From Methylococcaceae bacterium UBA2780 (GTDB taxonomy: Bacteria > Pseudomonadota > Gammaproteobacteria > Methylococcales > UBA2780), in NCBI GenBank assembly GCA_002352345.1, contig DEIG01000016.1, forward strand, positions 7,419 to 71,418: DNA of 64,000 nt. The letters are read 5' to 3'. Below, one piece after another: positions 20,505-28,492 of this stretch (the first letter of the stretch is position 1; every line of letters starts with the position of its first letter). The notes below the pieces were generated by a model. The model searched no databases and was not told the DNA's origin. It saw only the letters and a list, made by a program, of their open reading frames with translations. The position numbers and the translations under genes were made by a program.

Positions 20505-21510
20505 ATGGATTGGCATGGTAGTTATTCTACTCAGCTTTTTTTTAGGCTGGCTGTGGATCTCATTCCAAACGCTTATTGATTCGCCACTTTCAAAGAGTTT
20601 AAAAGAGCCGATCCTTTTTGAAGTCGCCTCCGGTGAAACATTACCTTTGGTTATTGCCTCCCTTCAAAAAAGTAACCTTCTCGATCACCCAGATTGGTTC
20701 TATTTGTTAGCCCGTTTGGAGGGTAAAGCAACTAAATTAAAGGCTGGTGAGTATCTGCTTACCCCAGAAATGACCCCCCGAATGCTCCTGAATTTATTCG
20801 TGTCAGGAAAATCACACCAACGCTCTTTAACGTTGGTGGAAGGGTGGAATTTTAAACAGTTGATAGAGGCGGTCAATTCAAGCAAATTACTTGAGCATTC
20901 ACTGAATGGTTTAACTAAAGCATCAATAATGGAGCGCTTGGGTTTAAAAGATATAGAACCGGAGGGACGTTTTCTGTCGGACACCTATCATTTTCCGAAA
21001 GGAATGGATGACCTCTCTTTTCTCAAAAGAGCGTGGACTTCAATGGAAAAAGTGCTCAATGATGAATGGAAAAATAGAGAACCTAATTTACCATTCCAGT
21101 CGCCTTATGAAGCGCTGATTTTGGCCTCAATTGTAGAAAAAGAGACCGGCCGAGCAGATGAACGGCCAATTATTGCAGGCGTTTTTGTTCGCCGATTAAA
21201 GAAAGGAATGAGACTACAAACCGATCCGACTGTTATTTATGGGATGGGTGAAAATTATAAGGGAAATATTCGCAAGCGCGATTTACTGAAAGACACGCCT
21301 TACAACACCTACACTCGCTCCGGATTGCCCCCAACCCCTATTGCGATGCCAGGAAAAGCTGCAATTAATGCGGTAATGCATCCAGCCAAAGGGAAAAGTC
21401 TCTATTTTGTTGCAAAGGGTGATGACTCTGGTAGCCATATTTTCTCAGCAACACTTAAAGAGCATAATCGTGCAGTTGATTACTATCAAAAGAAAAAAGG
21501 CAGAAAATAA
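20494..21510 (+). CDS. mltG: endolytic murein transglycosylase MltG (YceG)
   Basis: N-terminal membrane anchor, ASIVEKETG, LQTDPTVIYG, YNTYTRSGLPPTPIAMPG. Confidence 0.85.
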   Translation: MKSRWIGMVVILLSFFLGWLWISFQTLIDSPLSKSLKEPILFEVASGETLPLVIASLQKSNLLDHPDWFYLLARLEGKATKLKAGEYLLTPEMTPRMLLNLFVSGKSHQRSLTLVEGWNFKQLIEAVNSSKLLEHSLNGLTKASIMERLGLKDIEPEGRFLSDTYHFPKGMDDLSFLKRAWTSMEKVLNDEWKNREPNLPFQSPYEALILASIVEKETGRADERPIIAGVFVRRLKKGMRLQTDPTVIYGMGENYKGNIRKRDLLKDTPYNTYTRSGLPPTPIAMPGKAAINAVMHPAKGKSLYFVAKGDDSGSHIFSATLKEHNRAVDYYQKKKGRK

Positions 21511-22133
21511 TGCGCGGAAAATTTATTACTCTTGAGGGGGGAGAGGGTGTCGGTAAATCAACTAACCTCCTTTTTATAAAAGAGTATTTAGAAGCTGCGG
21601 GGAAAGCGGTCGTTGTGACACGTGAGCCGGGTGGAACAGAGGTTGGTGAGGAAATACGAAATGTCCTATTGAGTCATCGTGAAAGCTCGCTCCATGAATC
21701 TGCTGAACTTTTATTGATGTTCGCTGCAAGGTCACAACACCTACAAGAAATTATTATTCCTGCCCTTAAAGGCGGCAGTTGGGTGTTATGTGATCGATTT
21801 ACTGATGCGACCTATGCCTATCAAGGCGGTGGGAGAGATATTTCATTCGAAAAAATCAAAATACTTGAAGATTTTGTTCAGCAGGGGCTAAAGCCTGATT
21901 GTACTTTTTTATTGGATGCGCCCATTGAAGTGGGGATGCAGCGAGCATCAAAGCGCGGAGACCTTGACCGTTTTGAGAGTGAAGAGCAACAATTTTTTCT
22001 CCGCGTAAGAGCGACTTATCAGAAATTAGCAAAACTTGAAAAGGGTCGTTTTCATCTTGTTAACGCATCGCAAGAACTTTCGTTAGTACAAAGCGAAATT
22101 TCATCAATACTTGATCAGCTTTTGGTGAAATGA
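21510..22133 (+). CDS. tmk: thymidylate kinase
   Basis: FITLEGGEGVGKST P-loop, CDRFTDATYAYQG, LDRFESEE. Confidence 0.9.
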   Translation: MRGKFITLEGGEGVGKSTNLLFIKEYLEAAGKAVVVTREPGGTEVGEEIRNVLLSHRESSLHESAELLLMFAARSQHLQEIIIPALKGGSWVLCDRFTDATYAYQGGGRDISFEKIKILEDFVQQGLKPDCTFLLDAPIEVGMQRASKRGDLDRFESEEQQFFLRVRATYQKLAKLEKGRFHLVNASQELSLVQSEISSILDQLLVK

Positions 22134-23116
22134 GTCATACTGCCTTAATTAATGAGCAACTTCCGTGGCATTCAGCATGTCAGGAGCAGTTATACAGCTA
22201 TATAGATAACGAACGTATTCCTCACGCATTGATCCTGTCTGGACAAGAAGGTGTTGGAAAACTGCTATTAGCACAGCAGATTTCCCATCTTCTTTTATGT
22301 GATAGCCCAAATGACCGTCAGGCGTGCGGCTTATGCTATGCCTGCAAACTTATCGAAGCCGAAACGCATCCAGATCTTATTGTAATTAACCCTGAAGAGG
22401 AGGGTAAAACTATCTCAATCGATCGTATTCGCTCCTTGGAACAGACACTCACCCTCAAGCCACATTACGCAAAACAGCGCATTGTTTTAATCAATCCAGC
22501 TCATAAATTAAATCGAAACGCTGCGAATGCACTTTTAAAAACCCTAGAAGAGCCTGGCGAGAATAACCTTTTTTTATTGATTACAGACCAGCTGGAATCT
22601 TTACCGGCAACCATATGTAGCCGGTGCCAAACAATTCTTGTGCCTAAACCGACACGGAATGATGCCTGCAACTGGCTGAAACTGCGTTTACCAAATAAGG
22701 ATATTTCACGCCTCATTAGCATTGCTTCAGGTTCGCCATTTAAAGCGCTTGAACTTTCAGAAAGTGGCGTAGAAAAAGATTATGAACTATTGGAATCTAT
22801 ATGGGCAGAGCTTGTAACAGGAAAAACAGATCCGGTCATCGCAACATCAAAAATAGAGAAGGTTCACTTACAACACATTATTGAATGGACTACCCGCTGG
22901 GTAATTCAACTGATACAGGTGCAATTTGATCCCGATAAAGATCAGCGAGAAATTAACGCCTCCTTGAAAGATTCCCAAGGCGAGCTAGACTTAAGAAAAT
23001 TATTCAGTTTACTGGATCAGTTACTCCAAGCTAAAAAACTGCTGGGCAGCTCTGTAAATAGGCAGTTAATGGTGGAAGCTATATTTATCAGCTGGAGTAA
23101 TATAAAGCCAAATTAA
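22130..23116 (+). CDS. holB: DNA polymerase III delta-prime subunit
   Basis: PHALILSGQEGVGK, zinc-module-like CGLCYACKL, ANALLKTLEEP, SRCQ. tmk-holB overlap as in other gammaproteobacteria. Confidence 0.85.
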   Translation: MSHTALINEQLPWHSACQEQLYSYIDNERIPHALILSGQEGVGKLLLAQQISHLLLCDSPNDRQACGLCYACKLIEAETHPDLIVINPEEEGKTISIDRIRSLEQTLTLKPHYAKQRIVLINPAHKLNRNAANALLKTLEEPGENNLFLLITDQLESLPATICSRCQTILVPKPTRNDACNWLKLRLPNKDISRLISIASGSPFKALELSESGVEKDYELLESIWAELVTGKTDPVIATSKIEKVHLQHIIEWTTRWVIQLIQVQFDPDKDQREINASLKDSQGELDLRKLFSLLDQLLQAKKLLGSSVNRQLMVEAIFISWSNIKPN

Positions 23117-23153
23117 ATGGACAAACAACAAGCCTTTCTAAATACAATTAATC

Positions 23154-23510
23154 ATGTCTAACGCAAATAACTCAGCACAACAGGGAATCTTGTCTCTTTC
23201 TATTAAAGACAAGAATGCGCTTTTCGCAGCTTACATGCCATTTGTTGTAAATGGCGGGCTATTTATACCGACCAATAGATCTTACCAAATCGGTGATGAG
23301 GTTTTTATGCTGCTTACACTTATGGATGAGACAGAACGGCTTCCTGTTGCAGGTAGAATTATCTGGATAACACCAAAAGGGGCAGAGGGTTATCGAGCAA
23401 CGGGTGTTGGTGTTCAGTTTAGTGATCAAGATGGTGGGCTAGCCAGAAACAAGATTGAAACCTACCTTGCTGGCGCGCTTCAATCAGATAGGCCAACACA
23501 CACGATGTAA
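23154..23510 (+). CDS. pilZ: type IV pilus assembly PilZ-family protein
   Basis: 118 aa. It lies between holB and the TatD-family gene, which from memory is the same position as pilZ in Pseudomonas aeruginosa. Typical sequence ILSLSIKDKNALFAAYMPFVVNGGLFIPT. Confidence 0.7.
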   Translation: MSNANNSAQQGILSLSIKDKNALFAAYMPFVVNGGLFIPTNRSYQIGDEVFMLLTLMDETERLPVAGRIIWITPKGAEGYRATGVGVQFSDQDGGLARNKIETYLAGALQSDRPTHTM

Positions 23511-23574
23511 TCAGGCTTTGGGCCTGGAGTTGTTTGCCTTAAACTATAGGAAAATAACTTTAAACCAGAACTCA

Positions 23575-24372
23575 ATGAAACTAGTAGATTCACACTGTCA
23601 CTTAGACCGTTTAGACCTTTCTCCTTACGATAATCAATTCGAAAACTTTATAGCCTCAACTGTTGAAGAGGGGCTTGAGCATATGCTCTGCGTGTCAATA
23701 GATCTTGAAGCTTGGCCAGCAATGCAAACCTTAATTGCCCCATTTGAAAACATTTCCACTTCGGTGGGAGTGCACCCAAATGAGTGTGATGGTGAAGATC
23801 CAACGGTGGAAAGGCTGATTGAACTTGCAGAAAACAATCCGAAGGTCGTGGCAATCGGCGAAACAGGATTAGATTACTTCCGCAGTGAGGGAGATCTAAC
23901 TTGGCAACAAGCGCGTTTTAGACGTCATATTCAAGCTGCTATAAAACTTAATAAGCCTCTTATTATTCACACAAGAGAGGCTAGAGATGACACTTTGAGA
24001 ATACTGAAAGAAGAGGGTGCAGAAAAGGTTGGAGGCGTTCTTCATTGTTTTACCGAAGATTGGAAAATGGCAGAAGAAGCTATTGATATGAATTTTTACA
24101 TCTCTTTTTCAGGAATTGTGACATTTAACAGTGCCAAACAAATTCAGGATGTCGCCCGCAGAATACCAGCCGACCGGTTTTTAATCGAAACAGATTCCCC
24201 TTATCTAGCACCTGTTCCATTTCGGGGAAAACCAAACTATCCAACCTATGTTGGCAAAGTTGCTGAATTTATTGCAAAACTTCGTGAAGAAAGTTATGAG
24301 AATATCGTAAACCAAAGCAACGAAAACTTTTATCGTCTTTTCCCTGCAAAAAAACCGGCTACCTCTATATAA
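23575..24372 (+). CDS. ycfH: TatD-family metal-dependent hydrolase (YcfH type)
   Basis: MKLVDSHCHL start, GVHP, IGETGLDY, IIHTREA, LHCF, ETDSPYLAP. The track start at 23455 overlaps pilZ and adds non-TatD sequence, so the ATG at 23575 is preferred. Confidence 0.85.
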   Translation: MKLVDSHCHLDRLDLSPYDNQFENFIASTVEEGLEHMLCVSIDLEAWPAMQTLIAPFENISTSVGVHPNECDGEDPTVERLIELAENNPKVVAIGETGLDYFRSEGDLTWQQARFRRHIQAAIKLNKPLIIHTREARDDTLRILKEEGAEKVGGVLHCFTEDWKMAEEAIDMNFYISFSGIVTFNSAKQIQDVARRIPADRFLIETDSPYLAPVPFRGKPNYPTYVGKVAEFIAKLREESYENIVNQSNENFYRLFPAKKPATSI

Positions 24373-24496
24373 AAACCTATTCAGTTACCGTTCACCTTTA
24401 TTATATGAAGATAACCAGTCCTGTTAGACTAGGAATGCGCCTATTGCGCTGAATGTTAAACAACGATTACCAACTATTTAATGGATTTTAATAAAC

Positions 24497-24940
24497 ATGA
24501 ATAAACAGATAATTCTTCTTTCTACATTACTAGGTTCACTATTCTTTCTTTCTGGTTGCGAACAAGCGAAAGAGGCAACGGAACAGACTAAAGAGACCGT
24601 TTCTGAGGCTGCTGAAGTTTCTAAGCAGACAGCATCAGATGCAATGGATGCAACTAAAAAAGCAGGTGCTGACATGTTAGATGCTGGAGAAAAACTGGCA
24701 TCCGATGTTGCTGACAATGCTAAGGAACTCGGGGCTGCTGCTATTGATACAACAAAAGAGGCTGCTAATGCAGTTGCTGATAAAACATCAGACTTAGTTG
24801 ATCAGGCTGTTGCCGAAGGAAAAGAAGCCGCCTCAGTTGTTTCTGATAAAGCTGTTGAATTAACTAACGCGACAACTGATACAGGAAGCGAAGAGGGAAA
24901 TGCGGCATTAGAAGCTGCTTCAAATTTGCTCAAGAAATAA
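24497..24940 (+). CDS. lipoprotein made of 11-residue amphipathic repeats (LEA-3/apolipoprotein-like)
   Basis: Signal peptide with lipobox FLSGC (Cys21). Residues 27-147 parse as eleven consecutive 11-mers (ATEQTKETVSE / AAEVSKQTASD / AMDATKKAGAD / MLDAGEKLASD ...). Confidence 0.6.
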   Translation: MNKQIILLSTLLGSLFFLSGCEQAKEATEQTKETVSEAAEVSKQTASDAMDATKKAGADMLDAGEKLASDVADNAKELGAAAIDTTKEAANAVADKTSDLVDQAVAEGKEAASVVSDKAVELTNATTDTGSEEGNAALEAASNLLKK

Positions 24941-24952
24941 TCCACCTTTAAT

Positions 24953-24992
24953 AAAAAATGCTTTCGCGTGTAATTACGTGAGAGCATTTTTT
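24953..24992. terminator. bidirectional intrinsic terminator between convergent genes
   Basis: 12-bp stem (ATGCTTTCGCGT / ACGTGAGAGCAT, with two G-U pairs) flanked by an A-run upstream and a T-run downstream. Confidence 0.55.
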
Positions 24993-25005
24993 GTGGGCGA
25001 AGATA

Positions 25006-26130
25006 TTAGCCTGCCGTAGCAATTCTTAGCGCTTCATCGATTTTTTCGATAGGTGTATAAAAATGGGGGGAAAAACGAATTCCTCCACCTCGTTTTGCAC
25101 AAATAACCCCCTTTTTCATTAGGATCGGATATAGTTTTTCGGAAGGAATCAACTTGTGCTTAAAAACAACGATGCCAGAGCGTCGGTTCGGCTGCCCAGA
25201 AGAGAGTAGTTCAAGAAGATCATTCTTTTTAATTTCTGAAATCAAAAAGCTAGCCTTTTGAATAACTTCTGACTCAATGGTTTTAATTCCTCTATTAAGT
25301 AGTAATTCTAAACTAGCGGATAAAGCATGAGCTCCCAACATATTTGGGCTTCCACATTCGAAACGTTTGGCCGTTTTAGTCTCTTTCCAAGGTTTATTGG
25401 CATAATCAAAATTATTTTCCATCATATGCCAGCCAAACTGTGTCAGTTTTAGCTTTTTTCTAGCATCTGGCGTGCTATAAAAAACACCTAATCCTTCTGG
25501 GCCAAGCATCCATTTATGGCCATCAGCCATCACAAAATCAGCTGCGCAGTCTTGAGCATCAAACTGAAGTGCACCGAGTGTTTGTATGGCATCCACACAA
25601 AATAGAATATTGCGCTGTTTGCAGAATTGGCCAATTTTTTTCAGGTCAACAGGTAAGCCTGATGCGAACTGCACAGAGCTTATTGTTAAAAGCCGAGTGT
25701 GGTCATCAACCATATAAAAAAGCGCCTCTTCAGGAGATGGAGAGACTGCAAGATTTGCTTGTCTAAATTCAACACCCTTATCTGCTAGTGATTCCCAAAC
25801 AACACGGTTGGAAGGGAACTCTTCATTACTAGAAACGACATTATCCCCAGCTTGCCACTCCAATCCATAGGCGACAAAAGAGAGTGCCTCAGAAGTGTTT
25901 TTTACTAGTGCAATATCATCTACAGAAGGGGCGTTTATTAATGTACGTAACTGCTCGCGCAAGAGCTTTTCTTTTTTTAACCACATAAGATAGTTTTGTG
26001 CGCCAGAGTGGTTATTCTCATCTGCAAATTGCTTTACAGCCTTAGAAGTGCATCTTGGCCAAGGCGCAACGGCGGCGTGGTTTAAATAGATAATAGACTG
26101 ATCTAGAGGGAACTCATCGGCAAGATTCAT
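25006..26130 (-). CDS. class V aminotransferase / cysteine desulfurase-like PLP enzyme
   Basis: 374 aa. The PLP-lysine context is ADGHKWMLGPEGLG. Overall class V fold pattern (YLNHAAVAP, NTSEAL, VDAIQ). Confidence 0.8.
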   Translation of the reverse strand: MNLADEFPLDQSIIYLNHAAVAPWPRCTSKAVKQFADENNHSGAQNYLMWLKKEKLLREQLRTLINAPSVDDIALVKNTSEALSFVAYGLEWQAGDNVVSSNEEFPSNRVVWESLADKGVEFRQANLAVSPSPEEALFYMVDDHTRLLTISSVQFASGLPVDLKKIGQFCKQRNILFCVDAIQTLGALQFDAQDCAADFVMADGHKWMLGPEGLGVFYSTPDARKKLKLTQFGWHMMENNFDYANKPWKETKTAKRFECGSPNMLGAHALSASLELLLNRGIKTIESEVIQKASFLISEIKKNDLLELLSSGQPNRRSGIVVFKHKLIPSEKLYPILMKKGVICAKRGGGIRFSPHFYTPIEKIDEALRIATAG

Positions 26131-26263
26131 CTGTTTTCCTGTTACCTGTTTGGTTGGGGTGAAATATATTCCTTATCTTGAAGGACTTTTACTACATCTA
26201 AAAGCCTTATTAAGAATATAATTCAACACTAATTGTTTAGTCTTAATAATCAAGAGAGCTGTT

Positions 26264-27085
26264 TTGAGCAAAAATAAACCTTATTTTATTATTTTCGGGA
26301 ACGAGAAGGGTGGTACGGGCAAATCAACTTTGGCGATGCATGTTGCTATCTCAATTGCAGAGCAGGGCAGGAAGCTGGCTGTCATCGACCTCGACTTGAG
26401 GCAAAAAAGCATTTTCCGCTATATGGAAAATAGGCAAGAAATGAACAACAAAATAGGGATAGAGCTGTCTCAGCCAGATTTCTTCGTTATTGAGCAATCT
26501 TTACTGGATAGTAAAAAAGAGGCTCAGCAGGCAGAACAATCTGCGCTTCAACAGCAGTTAGATAACTTGCCGGAAGACACTGAATTTGTGGTGATTGATT
26601 GCCCTGGAAACAATACCTATTTATCAAGATTGGCACACGCATTGGCTGATACGCTTATTACGCCGATCAATGATAGCTTTATCGATTTTGACCTCCTAGG
26701 AGAAGTTGATGCAGATAGTCATGAGGTTAACCGTTTAAGCCATTACAGTGAAATGGTTTGGGAGAGCCGAAAATTACGCCTAGTTGGTGGTAAAAAGCCG
26801 CTTGATTGGATTGTTACGCGCAATAGACTTTCATCGTTATCTTCACGCAATAATCAAAAAGTTCATAATGCACTCACAGCTCTGCAAAAGAAGATCATGT
26901 TTCGTTATGTTCCAGGATTATCTGAGCGTGTTATTTATCGAGAACTGTTCCCTAAAGGGCTGACTTTGTTAGATATGAAAAAAGTAGATACGATGGGTAA
27001 AACGCAAGCATCACATATTGCTGCGAGGGCAGAGCTGCGAAACCTAGTTGAATCTTTAAATCTACCAGAGAAGAGAGGTTCGTAA
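26264..27085 (+). CDS. MipZ-family ParA-like positioning ATPase
   Basis: Deviant Walker A FGNEKGGTGKST, then VIDLDLRQKS, VVIDCPG, TPINDSFIDFDLLG, WIVTRNRL and VIYRELFPKGLTLLD. From memory this is colinear with Caulobacter MipZ rather than Soj/MinD. TTG start. Confidence 0.7.
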   Translation: MSKNKPYFIIFGNEKGGTGKSTLAMHVAISIAEQGRKLAVIDLDLRQKSIFRYMENRQEMNNKIGIELSQPDFFVIEQSLLDSKKEAQQAEQSALQQQLDNLPEDTEFVVIDCPGNNTYLSRLAHALADTLITPINDSFIDFDLLGEVDADSHEVNRLSHYSEMVWESRKLRLVGGKKPLDWIVTRNRLSSLSSRNNQKVHNALTALQKKIMFRYVPGLSERVIYRELFPKGLTLLDMKKVDTMGKTQASHIAARAELRNLVESLNLPEKRGS

Positions 27086-27086
27086 A

Positions 27087-27644
27087 GTGAAGGATTTCTA
27101 TAAAAATAGCACAGCACTGTTTCTCATTCTTTTTGGTAAGGGTGGACCACAAAATTTGGTCGAATCTCGCTTATACTTTGCACTTCTACTAATGCCATTG
27201 CTGATGATTGATTCTGTTCTTTCAGCAAAGGTGACTGAAATTGATCAAGGAACAATGATTTATTTCAGCATCATTAAACTGTCGGTTATATCAGGTGGTG
27301 TCTGGTTTTGGTTGCGATTACATGAGGTACCACACCGATTTATTGCCGTCATGATGGCTTTGTTCGCTATTGGGTTGGTCGCTCAAATCTTAAAAATGCC
27401 CTTGCTACCAATTACGCCCGACAAGCCAAGGGCAATTGCAGCATTTTCAGGCTTTATACTTCTATGGCAATTCGTTATGTCCGTACGAGTGTTAAATGCT
27501 GCGGTAAAACAGACATTCCTAAAAACAGGGCTTTTAATTATCGCTCTAAATTTAGGTGGTTATGTTGTTGGTTCAAAAGTCATGTCGGCTGTTGTTGGGC
27601 ATCCTGTTCATATGAAATCAGTTCCTCAGTCATCACATCGCTAA
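27087..27644 (+). CDS. hypothetical polytopic membrane protein, coupled to the MipZ-like gene
   Basis: 185 aa with about 5 hydrophobic segments. The GTG start is 1 nt after the upstream TAA, with AGAGG about 10 nt upstream. No family recognised. Confidence 0.5.
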   Translation: MKDFYKNSTALFLILFGKGGPQNLVESRLYFALLLMPLLMIDSVLSAKVTEIDQGTMIYFSIIKLSVISGGVWFWLRLHEVPHRFIAVMMALFAIGLVAQILKMPLLPITPDKPRAIAAFSGFILLWQFVMSVRVLNAAVKQTFLKTGLLIIALNLGGYVVGSKVMSAVVGHPVHMKSVPQSSHR

Positions 27645-27961
27645 AATTAAGTAGTTTTAAAAGATCTCTCCAGATTTTAAACGGGGAACTTGGAGTCACC
27701 CGAATGTGATTACATTCGCGTATGAGAGATTAGAGCTTTGCAGATGTCGAATGAATTTAGAGCGGAAGAGATCACCAGGCTAAGAGCTAAACACAATTCT
27801 TCTAAATCAACTTTCTCTAGACCTCATTTATCGCCAAATAATTTGGCTCACTGGCTAGGGTGAGGTATCCCAAAGCCAGAACCACCCTGCTATTGCCCAT
27901 TATAGATATGCGCATAATGTATATTATGTTAAATGAAGGTTATTGTTCTTCGTAAATCTCC

Positions 27962-27995
27962 AATAAAAGCTTGGAAACCCAGCGCCTAGGCTGGG
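27962..27995 (-). terminator. probable intrinsic terminator of the ars-linked VOC gene
   Basis: On the minus strand: CCCAGC-CTAGGC-GCTGGG hairpin followed by TTTCCAAGCTTTT, 29 nt after the stop. Confidence 0.45.
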
Positions 27996-28023
27996 GGCTC
28001 TACTCTCTTGTTCTTATATTGGG

Positions 28024-28404
28024 TTAACCCATTTTGTGAAGAATACAGATTTTGTTATTAGATGGATCGCGTAAATAAGCAAGGTAGAGTTTACCGAGTG
28101 TGCCTTCGCGCACACCAGGAGGATTTTCACACGATGTACCACCTGTAGTTAATCCTGCAGCATGACAAGCATCGGCCTCCATCGTGCTCTTTGCGGCAAA
28201 TCCGATGGTACTGCCATTGCCGCAACAGGCGGGTTCTCCATTGAGAGGCTTACTAATCGCAAAAATCCCATTTTCGGTCAGATAAAAGCAACGACCTTTT
28301 TTATCAATGACACCAGGCTCATAGCCTAGGGCGCCCAAAATTGCATCGTAAAAAACCTTTGATTCTTGGATATTATTTGCGCCAACCATAATATGACTAA
28401 ACAT
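28024..28404 (-). CDS. VOC (glyoxalase/bleomycin-resistance/dioxygenase fold) family protein, Cys-rich
   Basis: 126 aa from the ATG at 28404, which has a GAGGAAAATAAA RBS. The track's 28467 start adds 21 residues with no RBS. MFSHIMVGANN...GNGSTIGFAA...GKLYLAYLRDPSNNK is the typical small VOC pattern. Six Cys, including a vicinal CC. Confidence 0.75.
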   Translation of the reverse strand: MFSHIMVGANNIQESKVFYDAILGALGYEPGVIDKKGRCFYLTENGIFAISKPLNGEPACCGNGSTIGFAAKSTMEADACHAAGLTTGGTSCENPPGVREGTLGKLYLAYLRDPSNNKICILHKMG

Positions 28405-28492
28405 TTTATTTTCCTCATAACCAATTGAAAAACCGTAAAGTAACTGTTGTTGTGCTCTAGCTACCAAACGATCGTTTTTGCCTTATGGTATT

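Noticed and set aside
23455-23574. Upstream extension of the TatD-family ORF overlapping pilZ.
   Set aside because: TatD homologues begin at MxLxDSHCHL, and the extension overlaps the pilZ 3' end by 56 nt. The internal ATG at 23575 is preferred.
27744-27863. 39-codon ORF (MSNEFRAEEITRLRAKHNSSK...) in the long convergent gap, considered as a transposase or antitoxin remnant.
   Set aside because: It has no RBS, no motif I can tie to a family, and is too short to judge. It is kept only as part of the gap observation.
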